A stretch of DNA of 53,668 nucleotides from Candidatus Bathyarchaeia archaeon (GCA_038882975.1 JAVZNE010000010.1:1-53668); one strand, 5' to 3'; positions 21,093-31,644 are shown, counted from the first letter of the stretch. The notes: generated by a model from the sequence alone, not told the origin. Numbers and translations are program-made.

Positions 21093-22346
21093 ATGGAAAA
21101 CTTTTCAGATGTAATAGTGATTGGAGGAGGCCCTTGTGGTTCCTTCAGCGCCCTAAACCTTTCAAAGAAGGGCTTTAACGTAAAGGTTTTTGAAGAGCAT
21201 AGCGAAATTGGTGTTCCAAGCCACTGCGCGGGGCACGTTAGCATCAATGGCTTGAAAAATCTTGGGCTTTATCCTTTGCCAAAAGGCGTTATTGAAAACA
21301 CGTTTGTTGGGGCAAAATTTTATTCTCCAAACGGCACAGTATTTACGGTTCGATTAGTTGAGCCAATAACCTGCGTTGTTAACCGCACTTTGTTCGACAG
21401 ATATGTTGCGGAACTAGCGCAAAAATTCGGCGCGCTCTATAGTTTGGGAACAAGGATCGAATCTCTAGTGTTTGCAGATGGGTTTGTTAAAGGTGCTATT
21501 GTTAAGCAGCATGGCAAATTGTTTAAATTTTTTGGCAGAATAACTTTAGATGCCGAGGGAGTATCCGCAAGATTGCTGAAGCAAGCTTTATCAATCCCGC
21601 CAAAACGCAATAAACTTGTTGTTGGGGCTCAAGTTGAAGTTGAAAATGTTAAAGACCTTGAAACAGACATAGTCGAAGTTATTCTTGGAAGAAACTATGC
21701 TCCGGGATTTTATGCTTGGCTCATCCCAAAAAACGAAACGGAAGCAAAGGTTGGTTTGGGGGCCAAAACCGGAAACCCAAGAATACTACTAAAAAGGCTT
21801 ATGGGCAAGCATCCAGCCATTTCCACAAAATTGCGAACTGCAAAAGTAATCAGACAATCCTATCATCCAATAACCCTTGGCGGACCAATACAAAAAGCAT
21901 ACACTAACGGCTTTCTTGTAGTTGGAGACGCGGCTTCTCAGGTGAAACCGACAACTGGCGGCGGAATAATATTAGGCTTAAACTGTGCAAGGATTGCGGC
22001 TGATGTTGCCACAGAGGCTTTAAACAAAAATGATTTTTCAGCAGAATTCCTGAGCATGTACCAGAGGCGTGTCATGAAAACTTTTGGTTTTGATTTAAAA
22101 ATTATGCTTAGGATTAGAGAAATGCTAGATAAGCTTCCAGACGAAAAGCTAGATGCCATCGTAAGCCTTTGTAGAAAAATACGGTTAGGCGAGGCTTTCA
22201 AAGATTTGAAGGAGGTAGATTTCCAAGGGCGAGCCATCCTAGGATTGGCACAGAACCCAAGGGCTCTAACGGTCCTAGTCTTTTTCTTCCTTAACTATCT
22301 TTTGTGGAACCTTAAAACCGAGTTTCAGCAATGTAGCAGTGGCTGA
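21093..22346 (+). CDS. Geranylgeranyl reductase family flavoprotein
   Basis: VIGGGPCG, HCAG, YAWLIP and VGDAASQVKPTTGGGI. Confidence 0.9.
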   Translation: MENFSDVIVIGGGPCGSFSALNLSKKGFNVKVFEEHSEIGVPSHCAGHVSINGLKNLGLYPLPKGVIENTFVGAKFYSPNGTVFTVRLVEPITCVVNRTLFDRYVAELAQKFGALYSLGTRIESLVFADGFVKGAIVKQHGKLFKFFGRITLDAEGVSARLLKQALSIPPKRNKLVVGAQVEVENVKDLETDIVEVILGRNYAPGFYAWLIPKNETEAKVGLGAKTGNPRILLKRLMGKHPAISTKLRTAKVIRQSYHPITLGGPIQKAYTNGFLVVGDAASQVKPTTGGGIILGLNCARIAADVATEALNKNDFSAEFLSMYQRRVMKTFGFDLKIMLRIREMLDKLPDEKLDAIVSLCRKIRLGEAFKDLKEVDFQGRAILGLAQNPRALTVLVFFFLNYLLWNLKTEFQQCSSG

Positions 22347-22352
22347 ACTGTT

Positions 22353-22715
22353 ATGAGCGAATTTCGTTACAAGCAAGTCATTGTCTTTCGTTCGGACCTA
22401 AAGCTCAGCAAGGGGAAGGTGGCGGCGCAAGCCGGACACGCAGCTGTTTCCGCCGCTGAAGAAGCTCGCAAACATAAGAGAGGGTGGTGGGAGGCTTGGC
22501 TAGACGAGGGACAATGTAAGGTTGTTGTAAAAGTTAAAGATGAAGCAGAACTCTTAACATTGGAGAGGCAAGCGAAAGAAATGGCTTTACCATGCGCCCT
22601 AATCATTGATAGGGGGCTGACAGAAATTCCTCCCGGAACAATAACATGTTTGGGGATAGGGCCTGCTCCAGCTGAAAAAGTCGATAAAATTACTGGAAGT
22701 CTTCCGCTTTTATGA
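22353..22715 (+). CDS. pth2: Peptidyl-tRNA hydrolase Pth2
   Basis: KQVIVFRSDLKLSKGKVAAQAGHA and D.GLTEIPPGTITCLGIGP. Confidence 0.97.
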   Translation: MSEFRYKQVIVFRSDLKLSKGKVAAQAGHAAVSAAEEARKHKRGWWEAWLDEGQCKVVVKVKDEAELLTLERQAKEMALPCALIIDRGLTEIPPGTITCLGIGPAPAEKVDKITGSLPLL

Positions 22716-22728
22716 TTGAGGTTTAGTA

Positions 22729-24105
22729 GTGCGCGTTTCTAAACTTGAAAAAAGCATTGGAATAGAAGTTTATGCCACTAGTTCTCTCGGCATTGGAGGA
22801 GCAATAAAGCAATCATGTGAAGACTTCATTGTTGAAGAAGTTTTGGCAAATGGCTTAAAGGCGGAAGTGTCTATTTCCAACGTGCCGCCACTAATCCAAG
22901 AACCACCTCAAGTTAGCCGCCACTTGCTTTGCATTTTAATTAAGCGAAACTGGGACACTTTTCGAGCCCTTGAGGCCATTGCTGAACAGCTAAACATAAA
23001 CCCGCAAAGAATTCATATTGCCGGAATTAAAGACGCAAAGGCTATCACCGCACAACACATAAAGATAAAAGACGTTAAACCAGAAGACGTTAAAAATGTA
23101 AACATTAAAGGCATAAAAATTATCCCAGTAGGCTATTTTCAGGCTAAACTCTCGTCGTACCATTTGCTCGAAAACTTCTTTAAAATAATAATACGCGCCA
23201 TAAGCCATACGAAATCAATTATTCACCAAAGAATAGAAAAAATTGTCAAAGAAATTGAAACGGCAGGTGGGGTGCCAAACTTTTTTGGGCATCAGCGTTT
23301 TGGCACGATTCGCCCAATAACCCACCTTGTTGGAAAAGCAATTGTTAAGGGCTATTTTCGCAAGGCAGCAATGCTTTTTCTCGCTAAACCATATCCCTTT
23401 GAACATCCAGAATCAAGAATTGCCCGTGAAGAGCTTCACCACACACAAGACTTTACAAAAGCCTTGAAAATTTTTCCTGAACACTTGCGTTATGAACGCT
23501 TGATGCTCGAACATCTAGTAAGGAAGCCAAATGACTTTAGAGGTGCCTTTCGAAGGTTACCAATGAAACTACGCAAACTCTTCCCTCAAGCATATCAAGC
23601 CTATCTATTCAATAGATTTTTAAGCAGAAGAATCGCATTGGGACTTCCCCTAAACACCGCAGAAATCGGAGACCACATAGTTAGAATTGAGATTACTGGA
23701 TTGCCAAGCCAGAGGTTGCATGAAATTGCAAGCCAAGCGAAACTATCCAAAATAAACAGTGCAATGGCCTCTGGAAAAATGCGCTTGGCAATCCCGTTAG
23801 TTGGCTACAAGCAAAGTCTATCAAAGGGCGTTCAAGGTGAAATCGAAAAACGAATACTAGAAGAGGAAGGCATAACGCTTGAAAGCTTCAAAGTAAAAGG
23901 AATGCCGGAACTAAGCCTAAAAGGCGGTTTACGCACAGCCTTAACAACATTAAAAAATTTTAAAGTAGAAGAAATAGCCAAAGACCTTGCAAATCCGCGA
24001 AAAAACATGGTGAGAATAAGCTTTACCTTACATCGCGGGTCCTATGCCACGGCGTTTTTGAGAGAGCTTATGAAGCCCCGTAACCCAATAAAGGCGGGAT
24101 TTTGA
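22729..24105 (+). CDS. truD: tRNA pseudouridine(13) synthase
   Basis: EDFIVEE, AGIKDAKAITAQ, PNFFGHQRFG and FTL.RGSYAT..LRE. Confidence 0.95.
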   Translation: MRVSKLEKSIGIEVYATSSLGIGGAIKQSCEDFIVEEVLANGLKAEVSISNVPPLIQEPPQVSRHLLCILIKRNWDTFRALEAIAEQLNINPQRIHIAGIKDAKAITAQHIKIKDVKPEDVKNVNIKGIKIIPVGYFQAKLSSYHLLENFFKIIIRAISHTKSIIHQRIEKIVKEIETAGGVPNFFGHQRFGTIRPITHLVGKAIVKGYFRKAAMLFLAKPYPFEHPESRIAREELHHTQDFTKALKIFPEHLRYERLMLEHLVRKPNDFRGAFRRLPMKLRKLFPQAYQAYLFNRFLSRRIALGLPLNTAEIGDHIVRIEITGLPSQRLHEIASQAKLSKINSAMASGKMRLAIPLVGYKQSLSKGVQGEIEKRILEEEGITLESFKVKGMPELSLKGGLRTALTTLKNFKVEEIAKDLANPRKNMVRISFTLHRGSYATAFLRELMKPRNPIKAGF

Positions 24106-24120
24106 AAAGATTGTTTAAAC

Positions 24121-25293
24121 CTATTTTATAATCTTCTCGGCGTTATTCAGTAGCTCCATCTTCTTACCTGCTGGCAAAACAACATTTGCAGCATATTGAT
24201 GCCCGTCAGCCATCCCAAAACCATCGGAAGCTTTTTCTAAAAGGTTAACCGCTCCCGGAAGCTTTTTGCTATCAATTAATTGCTGCATAGGTTTTGGGAC
24301 ACGAACAGACGCCTTTACAAATTTTTCTCTAAGTTTTCCCCATTTCGGTATCTCGGGTGGCACGTTAACAAAGCCTAGTATGTATTTGTTGGGCTTTATT
24401 AATCGTGCTTGATAGGATAAGAAGGAACAGAATTGTCCAACAACTTTTGTTCCCATGCCAGCGTACATATCTTCAGCGTCAAACCATTGAATGTGCTCTG
24501 TTTCCTTAAGCCTCTCACGGTATAATATTCCCAACAGCTTGCGGTTAACCTCTTTCCGCCTCTCCTCTAAAGTGTTAATTTTCTCCTCTATTTCCGGACT
24601 TATTCCTTCTAGGCATGCCCTTACGCCTAAATCAGGGCCGTTTTCATAATAGCCAACGGCGCCCAAAATTTGAAGTTTCGAAAACAATGTATCAACGTTA
24701 ACCTTTAACCGTGTAATTTCAAAATTCTTCCCTTTTCTCTGAACTATCCCCGTTTTTAAGGATTCTTCCAAAACAATCTCATTAATTGACTTGAATCCGT
24801 CCGGGATTTCGCAGCTTCCTACAAGAGCCAGGTATCCTAAATCATAGTTTTCTTGGTTTAAAGCCTTTGCAAAAAGGTAACAGCAAGTGGCTCCAGAAAA
24901 GTCTGTTTCACCCCTAAAACCAAAATTTTCCAGATTTAGATCCAAAACCTTTGGGTCTTTGGATACCTTTGGATCATGATGATCTAATATTATAGTTAGG
25001 TTTCGCCCCCTATTATATTCGGATATGAGGTCTGCATGTGAAGAGCCTATATCCACATAAAAAATTGTTTGACCGGTCTTTGAGTGTATATTTTCAATTA
25101 CTTCTGCGTAAACTTTCTCTAAGCAGAAAGTTTTTGCCTTTATTCCTTCCCGTTCCAGAGCTTTTTGGGTTATTGCAGCTGAGCATAAGCCATCTGCATC
25201 ATCGTGATGGATAATAACGACTTCTTTTGACGTTTCTTTCTTTAAAATTGCGATTACATTAATGACGTAACTGTCAAAATCCTGCAAAGGCAT
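24121..25293 (-). CDS. DHH family phosphoesterase
   Basis: HHDDADG, DIGS, LDHH and C-terminal GH..AA. Confidence 0.85.
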   Translation of the reverse strand: MPLQDFDSYVINVIAILKKETSKEVVIIHHDDADGLCSAAITQKALEREGIKAKTFCLEKVYAEVIENIHSKTGQTIFYVDIGSSHADLISEYNRGRNLTIILDHHDPKVSKDPKVLDLNLENFGFRGETDFSGATCCYLFAKALNQENYDLGYLALVGSCEIPDGFKSINEIVLEESLKTGIVQRKGKNFEITRLKVNVDTLFSKLQILGAVGYYENGPDLGVRACLEGISPEIEEKINTLEERRKEVNRKLLGILYRERLKETEHIQWFDAEDMYAGMGTKVVGQFCSFLSYQARLIKPNKYILGFVNVPPEIPKWGKLREKFVKASVRVPKPMQQLIDSKKLPGAVNLLEKASDGFGMADGHQYAANVVLPAGKKMELLNNAEKIIK

Positions 25294-25303
25294 TTTCAAA
25301 CCT

Positions 25304-25837
25304 CTAGGCAATTGTCTTCAATAGATCTGAACGGGTTATTATTCCAATAACTTTTTTGCCTCTTGCCACTAAAACTCCTTGTCTCCTCTCGAGTAGCGGG
25401 CGGATAGCGCTTATACTTGTTTCTTCTGAGACTATTGGTAGTGGCGGATCCATGATATTTTTAACCTTTTCGTTTGCGATGTTTGAGCTAAGTTTTCTAA
25501 TGATGCCTTCCTCGGTTATTGTCCCAACAACTTTACGTCCATTGATAACAGGCATCTGGGAGATAGCGTGTCTAACCATTATTTCGCTAACCTTCAGTAC
25601 GCTGTCTTCTGGTCTTGCAAAAAGCACGCCCCTTGTCATCAAGTCCTTACATTTTACCTCTTTTCCTTCAGTTAAGACCTTCAAAATCTTGTTAACCGTT
25701 GATAGTCTGGGGTCCACCTTTCCTTGTTCAATTTTCGCAATGTGCGCTTGTGAAACCCCAACAAGTTCCGCCAACTTCTTTTGAGTTAGCCTGGCCTCTG
25801 TCCGCAATTTTCTGAGCATAGAGCCTGTTATTATCAA
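25304..25837 (-). CDS. XRE-HTH + CBS-pair transcription regulator
   Basis: LTQKKLAELVGVSQAHIAKIEQGKVDPRLST followed by two CBS repeats. Confidence 0.92.
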   Translation of the reverse strand: MIITGSMLRKLRTEARLTQKKLAELVGVSQAHIAKIEQGKVDPRLSTVNKILKVLTEGKEVKCKDLMTRGVLFARPEDSVLKVSEIMVRHAISQMPVINGRKVVGTITEEGIIRKLSSNIANEKVKNIMDPPLPIVSEETSISAIRPLLERRQGVLVARGKKVIGIITRSDLLKTIA

Positions 25838-25939
25838 TAATAACCACCAGTTATTCTAAATGCAAAGTTAATACAGCAAAATATATATTTTTGTTCCATA
25901 CATAAAAACCAAACTTCACTGTGCCAACGGAGGATTAAC

Positions 25940-27148
25940 TTGCGAAACATAATAGTTGAAAGGTTAAGGCAGACCCCCCTTGAAAAGCAAAGACTGGAAA
26001 TAGTTGAAAGAAAGGGTTTGGGGCATCCAGACTACATCTGCGACGCTGTTATGGAGCAGATATCCCTACACCTAAGCAAAGAATATATGGAAAAAGCTGG
26101 CACAATACTCCATCACAATGTGGATAAATCGCTACTTGTGGCTGGGCAGTCTGAACTCAAATTTGGAGGAGGCTTTGTAAAGCAACCAATGCTATTTGTT
26201 TTCGGCGACAGGGCAACCACAGAGTTCGACGGCATAAAAATAAATGTTGAAGAAATAGCCATAAACGTTGCAAAGGAATGGTTTAAGAAAAATATGCGCT
26301 TCGTGGACCCGGAAAAACACGTAAAATATCAAGTGGAGCTTAAGCCAGGTTCAGCGGGATTAATTGACATTTTCAAGCGCAAGGGGAAAGTTTTAGGGGC
26401 TAACGACACATCTGCCGCCGTCGGCTATGCGCCAATGACAAGGACCGAGAAAATAGTGCTAAAAACAGAACAATTCCTGAATTCTAGAGAATTTAAGCAG
26501 CACCACCCTGAGTCCGGCGAAGACATAAAGGTTATGGGTTCACGTAATAATAATAATCTGAACTTAACGATATCGATGGCTTTTGTGGACCGCTTCATAC
26601 ATAGTGAGGAGGACTATTTTGATAAAAAGGCGAAAATCCTTGAGGAAATCAACAGATTTGTCAGAACAAACACAGATTTCGAAAAAATAAACGTTCAATT
26701 GAACACGTTGGATGTGCGCGGCAGAGGAATTGATGGCGTATATTTAACAGTTTTAGGAACCAGTGCAGACAGCGGAGATTCGGGGCAAGTTGGCAGAGGA
26801 AACCGCGTAAACGGTTTAATATCCTTAAATAGGCCCTTCTGTTCAGAGGCAGCCGCCGGCAAAAACCCGGTAAGCCATGTTGGAAAAATATACAATGTTC
26901 TAACGTTCAGGGTGGCACAGCATGTTTATGAGCAAGTGCCAGAGCTTGAGGAGGTTTACATATGGCTCTTAAGCGAAATTGGTCGTCCAATAGACCAGCC
27001 AGCAATCGCTGCAGCACAGGTTGTTATGGCGGAAAACAGTTCACTTGACAAAGTTAAAAGTAAAATAGAAGCTGTGCTGGAATATGAGCTTGAAAACATT
27101 GATAAGTTCTGCATGGAGTTAGCTCAAGGGAAAATTTCAATCTGCTAA
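25940..27148 (+). CDS. mat: Archaeal S-adenosylmethionine synthetase
   Basis: [36 protein letters not shown] and [13 protein letters not shown]. Confidence 0.97.
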   Translation: MRNIIVERLRQTPLEKQRLEIVERKGLGHPDYICDAVMEQISLHLSKEYMEKAGTILHHNVDKSLLVAGQSELKFGGGFVKQPMLFVFGDRATTEFDGIKINVEEIAINVAKEWFKKNMRFVDPEKHVKYQVELKPGSAGLIDIFKRKGKVLGANDTSAAVGYAPMTRTEKIVLKTEQFLNSREFKQHHPESGEDIKVMGSRNNNNLNLTISMAFVDRFIHSEEDYFDKKAKILEEINRFVRTNTDFEKINVQLNTLDVRGRGIDGVYLTVLGTSADSGDSGQVGRGNRVNGLISLNRPFCSEAAAGKNPVSHVGKIYNVLTFRVAQHVYEQVPELEEVYIWLLSEIGRPIDQPAIAAAQVVMAENSSLDKVKSKIEAVLEYELENIDKFCMELAQGKISIC

Positions 27149-27237
27149 CAATGGTTAAATTTTGACGCTTACAATTTCATGTTTAAAACACTTAAATTAT
27201 GGCTGTTTGAAATCGTAAAGAACAAGGAGTAAACGTT

Positions 27238-27498
27238 ATGATAGAATCCGGCGAAAAGCTGCCCATTTCCGAATTTTACAGAGTAATCGATTATATCACG
27301 ATTTTCAAGAGTGAAAAGTGGTGGGAAGCCATAGTGATCTTCGAATCCTTTGGAAAGCGCTCTATTGGACTTTATCTTTGGCAAAAGAAGGATGGTGTTT
27401 GGAAAAGGAAACATAAGTTTAATGTGCGGAACATAGAAGAGTGGAATAAGCTTAAGGAAGCCATAGAAAAGCTTGTACCAAAATTATCACAAAGGTAA
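27238..27498 (+). CDS. Hypothetical protein (Trp/Lys-rich, beta strands plus helix)
   Basis: 86-aa ORF with SD AGGAG; no family recognised. Confidence 0.7.
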   Translation: MIESGEKLPISEFYRVIDYITIFKSEKWWEAIVIFESFGKRSIGLYLWQKKDGVWKRKHKFNVRNIEEWNKLKEAIEKLVPKLSQR

Positions 27499-27587
27499 AC
27501 CAAATCTTAAATTCTTATTCTAAATACGAATCCAAAATTGAATAATTTTATTAATTCACTCATCCAAATCTCAAAGAGGCGATTAGC

Positions 27588-27971
27588 ATGGAAGTTGAAG
27601 AAACACAGGAAGGAACCCAGTTTGGCGAAAGTTCAGATCGGCAAGAGCTTGAGCAAATGCAACAAGAGCCTGTAGAGGAAGAGCAGGCATCGGGACAAGA
27701 AGAAATTAAACAAAAAGAGAGCAAGTCAAACGCGAACAATCAAGTGGATAGAAGCAGCTTTATACACGGGCTCTCCGTAGGCTTGGGGTTGGGTTGTATC
27801 GCAACTTTCATAATAGTATGGGTTGTGGTGTTCTTTACTCCTCAGATACCGCCAACATTAACTTATGAATCCTTGCTTTCAATGTTCATCTATCCTATGA
27901 TATATCTGCTAGCAGTAGGGCTTATCGCGTTAACAGCTGGCATAGTAAGAGAATATTATGTCAGAAAATAG
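27588..27971 (+). CDS. Membrane protein with acidic N-terminus and two TM helices
   Basis: E/Q-rich N-terminus, two hydrophobic segments, SD GAGG. Confidence 0.75.
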   Translation: MEVEETQEGTQFGESSDRQELEQMQQEPVEEEQASGQEEIKQKESKSNANNQVDRSSFIHGLSVGLGLGCIATFIIVWVVVFFTPQIPPTLTYESLLSMFIYPMIYLLAVGLIALTAGIVREYYVRK

Positions 27972-28059
27972 CAACAGTTTTACTCCTATGCACTTTGTTT
28001 ACTCGATAATTTTCCGTTAAATTTTATAATCCTGAAGCCCAAATTCTAAATGTGGAGAT

Positions 28060-28689
28060 ATGCAAGGCGAAATTAAAAATCTTCTAGAGGAAATTATTGG
28101 CGAAAAGGCAGTAGGACCAGCGCCAACTTTTTCTATTTTACATGTTTTGCGAGCAATAGAGCTTGTTTCTGAAAAGCCAGTAGGACGGGGCAAGCTTGCC
28201 GAGGAGTTAAGAGTCGGAGAAGGTGCTGTACGCACTATAATCAATCGATTGAGGAAAGCTGGAATTATCTTGACATCTAAAGCTGGTTGTCAACTGACAG
28301 CAAAAGGGCTGAAACTTTTTGAAGAATATAAAAAAGTCTTTGGGAGACGAGCTAGAATGGATAAAGCTAAACTCATGCCAGCGCGATTTAACTCCGCTAT
28401 ATTGGCCAAAAATTGTGGGGATAAGGTTAAATCAGGTATAGAGCAGCGAGATGCCGCTGTTAGGGTTGGTGCAAAAGGTGCTACCACAATAATTTTCAGG
28501 AATGGACGGTTAATTATTCCGTCTGTCTGCGATGACCTTTCAAAGGATTATCCAAAAATTGCAGAGGAGATAATAACACTTTTACAACCTCAGGAAAATG
28601 ATGTTATTGTGGTTGCTGGCGCAGACAGTTTAGAATTAGCTGAATATGGGGCCGCAGCTGCGGCGTGGACATTCTTTGGCGATTGTTAA
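28060..28689 (+). CDS. wHTH + DUF4443-like protein
   Basis: GRGKLAEELRVGEGAVRT HTH; SGIEQRDAAVRVGAKGATT. Confidence 0.8.
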   Translation: MQGEIKNLLEEIIGEKAVGPAPTFSILHVLRAIELVSEKPVGRGKLAEELRVGEGAVRTIINRLRKAGIILTSKAGCQLTAKGLKLFEEYKKVFGRRARMDKAKLMPARFNSAILAKNCGDKVKSGIEQRDAAVRVGAKGATTIIFRNGRLIIPSVCDDLSKDYPKIAEEIITLLQPQENDVIVVAGADSLELAEYGAAAAAWTFFGDC

Positions 28690-29456
28690 TATGTGTATTT
28701 GTTTCCTCCCGCAAATATGCGTTCTAAAGCCATGTTAAAGTTGACCATTCCCTCATTAGTTTTCGCCGAGACCGGGATGAGAAGGAACTTTAAGCCAAGT
28801 TGGTAAATAGCCTTCATCATGTTTCTGCTTAAAAGGCGCTTTGTTCCTTCAAGCTTTTGTTCGATGGATGTTTCTAAAGCTTTTGGATTCGCTGACCAAT
28901 CTATAATTTTGTTAACATCTTCTTCTGAAAGCAAGTCACTTTTTGAAAGCACATGCACTTGAGGTAATAAGAAACGATTGTAAACAGCTGCTGATAGGAA
29001 CAGATTTGAAACATAATTTAGCGGGTTTAGCGAAAAGACGGCGTCGAAAAGGTAAACTATGGCCTTTGGCTCTCTTGTTAGCTCACTGGCTATATAGGGT
29101 CCGCTTGCCCTAAAAGCAAACAGTTCCATCTGCCCGGGGGTGTCGACTAAAACAATGTCTGATCTTAAATCCTCCACTTCCTTCGAAATATTTTCAATTT
29201 CTTCTGCGAGAAGATCTGCAGCCATTATTAAGGCACCATTGGGTCCTAAACCGTACTCTTCCATGATTTTGTCAACACTTATATAATCACGGGCATCCAC
29301 GTCAGGCGAGTATGGAAGTGTTAGGGCTCCAGGGTCCAGGTTCACTATTGCAACATCTTGTTTTAACAGCCTTAGCCATTCGCTAAAGGCTGCTGTAAGC
29401 AGAGACTTTCCAGAACCTGCTGTTCCAATCATAAACACAACAAACATTTCAGCCAC
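28686..29456 (-). CDS. GPN-loop GTPase
   Basis: GTAGSGKS, NLDPG, LGPNGA and DTPGQMELF. Confidence 0.95.
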   Translation of the reverse strand: MAEMFVVFMIGTAGSGKSLLTAAFSEWLRLLKQDVAIVNLDPGALTLPYSPDVDARDYISVDKIMEEYGLGPNGALIMAADLLAEEIENISKEVEDLRSDIVLVDTPGQMELFAFRASGPYIASELTREPKAIVYLFDAVFSLNPLNYVSNLFLSAAVYNRFLLPQVHVLSKSDLLSEEDVNKIIDWSANPKALETSIEQKLEGTKRLLSRNMMKAIYQLGLKFLLIPVSAKTNEGMVNFNMALERIFAGGNKYTY

Positions 29457-29510
29457 TTCTAGTAATGCTGAGTATACTCAATAAACTTACATTCCGTGGT
29501 AAAAGTTTTT

Positions 29511-30647
29511 TCACGTTAGAATCTCTTGAAGTTTTGGTTCCTCAATTTCTTGACTTTTCTGTTTCGACGCCAAAAATATGATGACACCTACACAAACCAA
29601 AGCTACACCAATCACTATGGATGTGATTAGGTAGAATGGTAGAACCATTATGGTTATTGTTGGACTATCAGCTCCGGCGTAATCATCATTTCCAAACCAG
29701 CTTGCGCGAATGTAACATGTGCCAGTTCCATTAATGTTAATGGTGCATGCGAATTTACCGCTGGAATCTGTTGTTGTTGAATTTGCTACAATCCATTGAG
29801 AATTGTCAATTTTAACGTAAACAGTTATTTTTTCGTTTGGCAAGTTTGGTGTGAGCCGCCCTGAAAGTTCCACCATGCTACCTTGTACGATGAAAGTTGA
29901 TGAAGCTGTTAATGATAATGTTGAAGATGCCAATGTTGTGTAGCTTGCGGCCACTTGCCCAGGCGACTGTTGTTCGCAATTTTCAAGTGTAACCACTATA
30001 GAATTTTCTCCAATTAGTTCGGATGGGCATTCCCCAACTCTCCATCCCGTTCTCCAATTTCCGCCAGTACATTCTGCGATATAATACTTGACGCTATTAT
30101 ATTCCACATAATAGATGCGTGTCCTTGCGTATCGTGGCGGGTTTGGAAGGCTAACACCAACATTCATATGCTCCTTGTCTTCATAATATAGAAGGACAAC
30201 ATTGAGACCACCGGCTTTCATTATCGAAGCTGCCACATAGCTAAATAGGTCGCAATCACCTCTGTTTTCTACGATTGTCTCCACCGGGTATTTGGCTAGC
30301 ACAGTTACTTCATAAGGTATCTGGTGAACTATCATTAAGACTCCATTCGCGAAATTTTCATAGTCGCCTTCATATATTTCCCAAAGTTTTTCCGCGATTG
30401 GTTTCAGCGCGTGGGGTGTAACAAATTTTGGGAAATCCGCTTCTGAAACTTGTTTATGGCTCTGCGTAACATAGCATTCGTAAAGTGATTGCGTGACAAC
30501 AACGTTTAATTTATACTCTGTGCCATCCGGGAAGTCTAAAAGATTATAAGTGCGAGTATAATTCTCCGAAAGGCATGGCGGAAATATGTAAGAGAATGCT
30601 AAAAGTATAAATAGCATAATTATAGTTTTGGAAAGTTTTTGCTTCAT
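29511..30647 (-). CDS. Secreted, membrane-anchored transglutaminase-like Cys protease domain + Ig-like domain
   Basis: Signal peptide; YPVET...GDCD...HM.VGV...ECTG; Ser/Thr-rich beta domain; C-terminal TM helix. Confidence 0.75.
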   Translation of the reverse strand: MKQKLSKTIIMLFILLAFSYIFPPCLSENYTRTYNLLDFPDGTEYKLNVVVTQSLYECYVTQSHKQVSEADFPKFVTPHALKPIAEKLWEIYEGDYENFANGVLMIVHQIPYEVTVLAKYPVETIVENRGDCDLFSYVAASIMKAGGLNVVLLYYEDKEHMNVGVSLPNPPRYARTRIYYVEYNSVKYYIAECTGGNWRTGWRVGECPSELIGENSIVVTLENCEQQSPGQVAASYTTLASSTLSLTASSTFIVQGSMVELSGRLTPNLPNEKITVYVKIDNSQWIVANSTTTDSSGKFACTININGTGTCYIRASWFGNDDYAGADSPTITIMVLPFYLITSIVIGVALVCVGVIIFLASKQKSQEIEEPKLQEILT

Positions 30648-30717
30648 TCTCCTCGAGAATTATTGTTTAGTAGCAGGTTTATTGATTTTATGAAACTACA
30701 ATAAATTGGGCGTTTAT

Positions 30718-30796
30718 GGTTGCTTCGGAGAACCCGGATTTCTAATCATCTACAAGTACGCCTGTATCAGCGTCTAGCCTGTCCATCATCGCAACC
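30718..30796 (-). ncRNA. C/D box guide sRNA candidate
   Basis: Minus strand: GGTTGC-G-ATGATGG(C)-ACAGGCTAGACG-CTGA(D')-hairpin-ATGATT(C')-guide-CCGA(D variant)-A-GCAACC. Confidence 0.75.
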
Positions 30797-30810
30797 GATA
30801 AACTCTTGTT

Positions 30811-31644
30811 CTATTCCTTAAGTTTAACTTTTCCGCCTTTCTCCTTTATCAGTTCTGAAAGCTGGATTATGGCTTTTCCAATGCGGTCCTTAGCGGTTTT
30901 TGAATCCTTAGCCGTTGTTGATAGGTGGATTTCTATGTGGGGTTTTTTCTCGACGCCTCTTGGATGGGATTTTATGTAAACGTAGGGATTCTCATGCATT
31001 GTAATGTCGATTAGTGGCGCTAGAGCCGACTCCATTATGTTGTCAGCGTATATACTGGTTTCAAAGAATGTCACATCTCCTACTTCCCTTCTAAGCATGT
31101 TGGCAACATGATTATCAAAAATGGCTTCCATCTCGGACGGAACGCCGGGCAAAGCAATCAAATAAGTGCTGCCTACTTTTACCAAGACTCCAGGCGCCGT
31201 GCCAACGGGATTGGGCAGTGGTTCCGCGCCCTTTGGAAGCTTAGCCATCTTAACTCTATGAGGTGTCATTTCCAAGACGCTGATTTTCCCAGCTTTAGCA
31301 TATTCTTCGTATTTTTTCCTAACCATTTCTAAGGCTTTTTCATTAAGTTCCAAATTGCGGTTTATGGCTTTCGCTATCCCCTCTAATGTTTTGTCGTCAA
31401 AAGTTGGTCCCAAACCGCCTGTTGTAATTATAAAGCGAGGTTTTCGATCTAGTGCTTCGCGCACGGTGCAAGAAATTTCGTCAACATTATCACCGACAAC
31501 TGTTATTCTTTTAACGGTTATCCCAAGTGATGTGGCGCGCTTGGCGAGCCATTGAGCGTTTGTGTTTAATGTTTTCCCAATCAATAGTTCGTTACCGACG
31601 CAGATAATCTCCATCTGTACGCTCACACTCTGCACCTCTTTCAC
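30811..31644 (-). CDS. CinA N-terminal-like molybdopterin-binding domain protein
   Basis: GNELLIG..LNTN, TTGGLGPT.DD, NPVGTAPG and LPGVPSEM. Confidence 0.9.
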   Translation of the reverse strand: MKEVQSVSVQMEIICVGNELLIGKTLNTNAQWLAKRATSLGITVKRITVVGDNVDEISCTVREALDRKPRFIITTGGLGPTFDDKTLEGIAKAINRNLELNEKALEMVRKKYEEYAKAGKISVLEMTPHRVKMAKLPKGAEPLPNPVGTAPGVLVKVGSTYLIALPGVPSEMEAIFDNHVANMLRREVGDVTFFETSIYADNIMESALAPLIDITMHENPYVYIKSHPRGVEKKPHIEIHLSTTAKDSKTAKDRIGKAIIQLSELIKEKGGKVKLKE

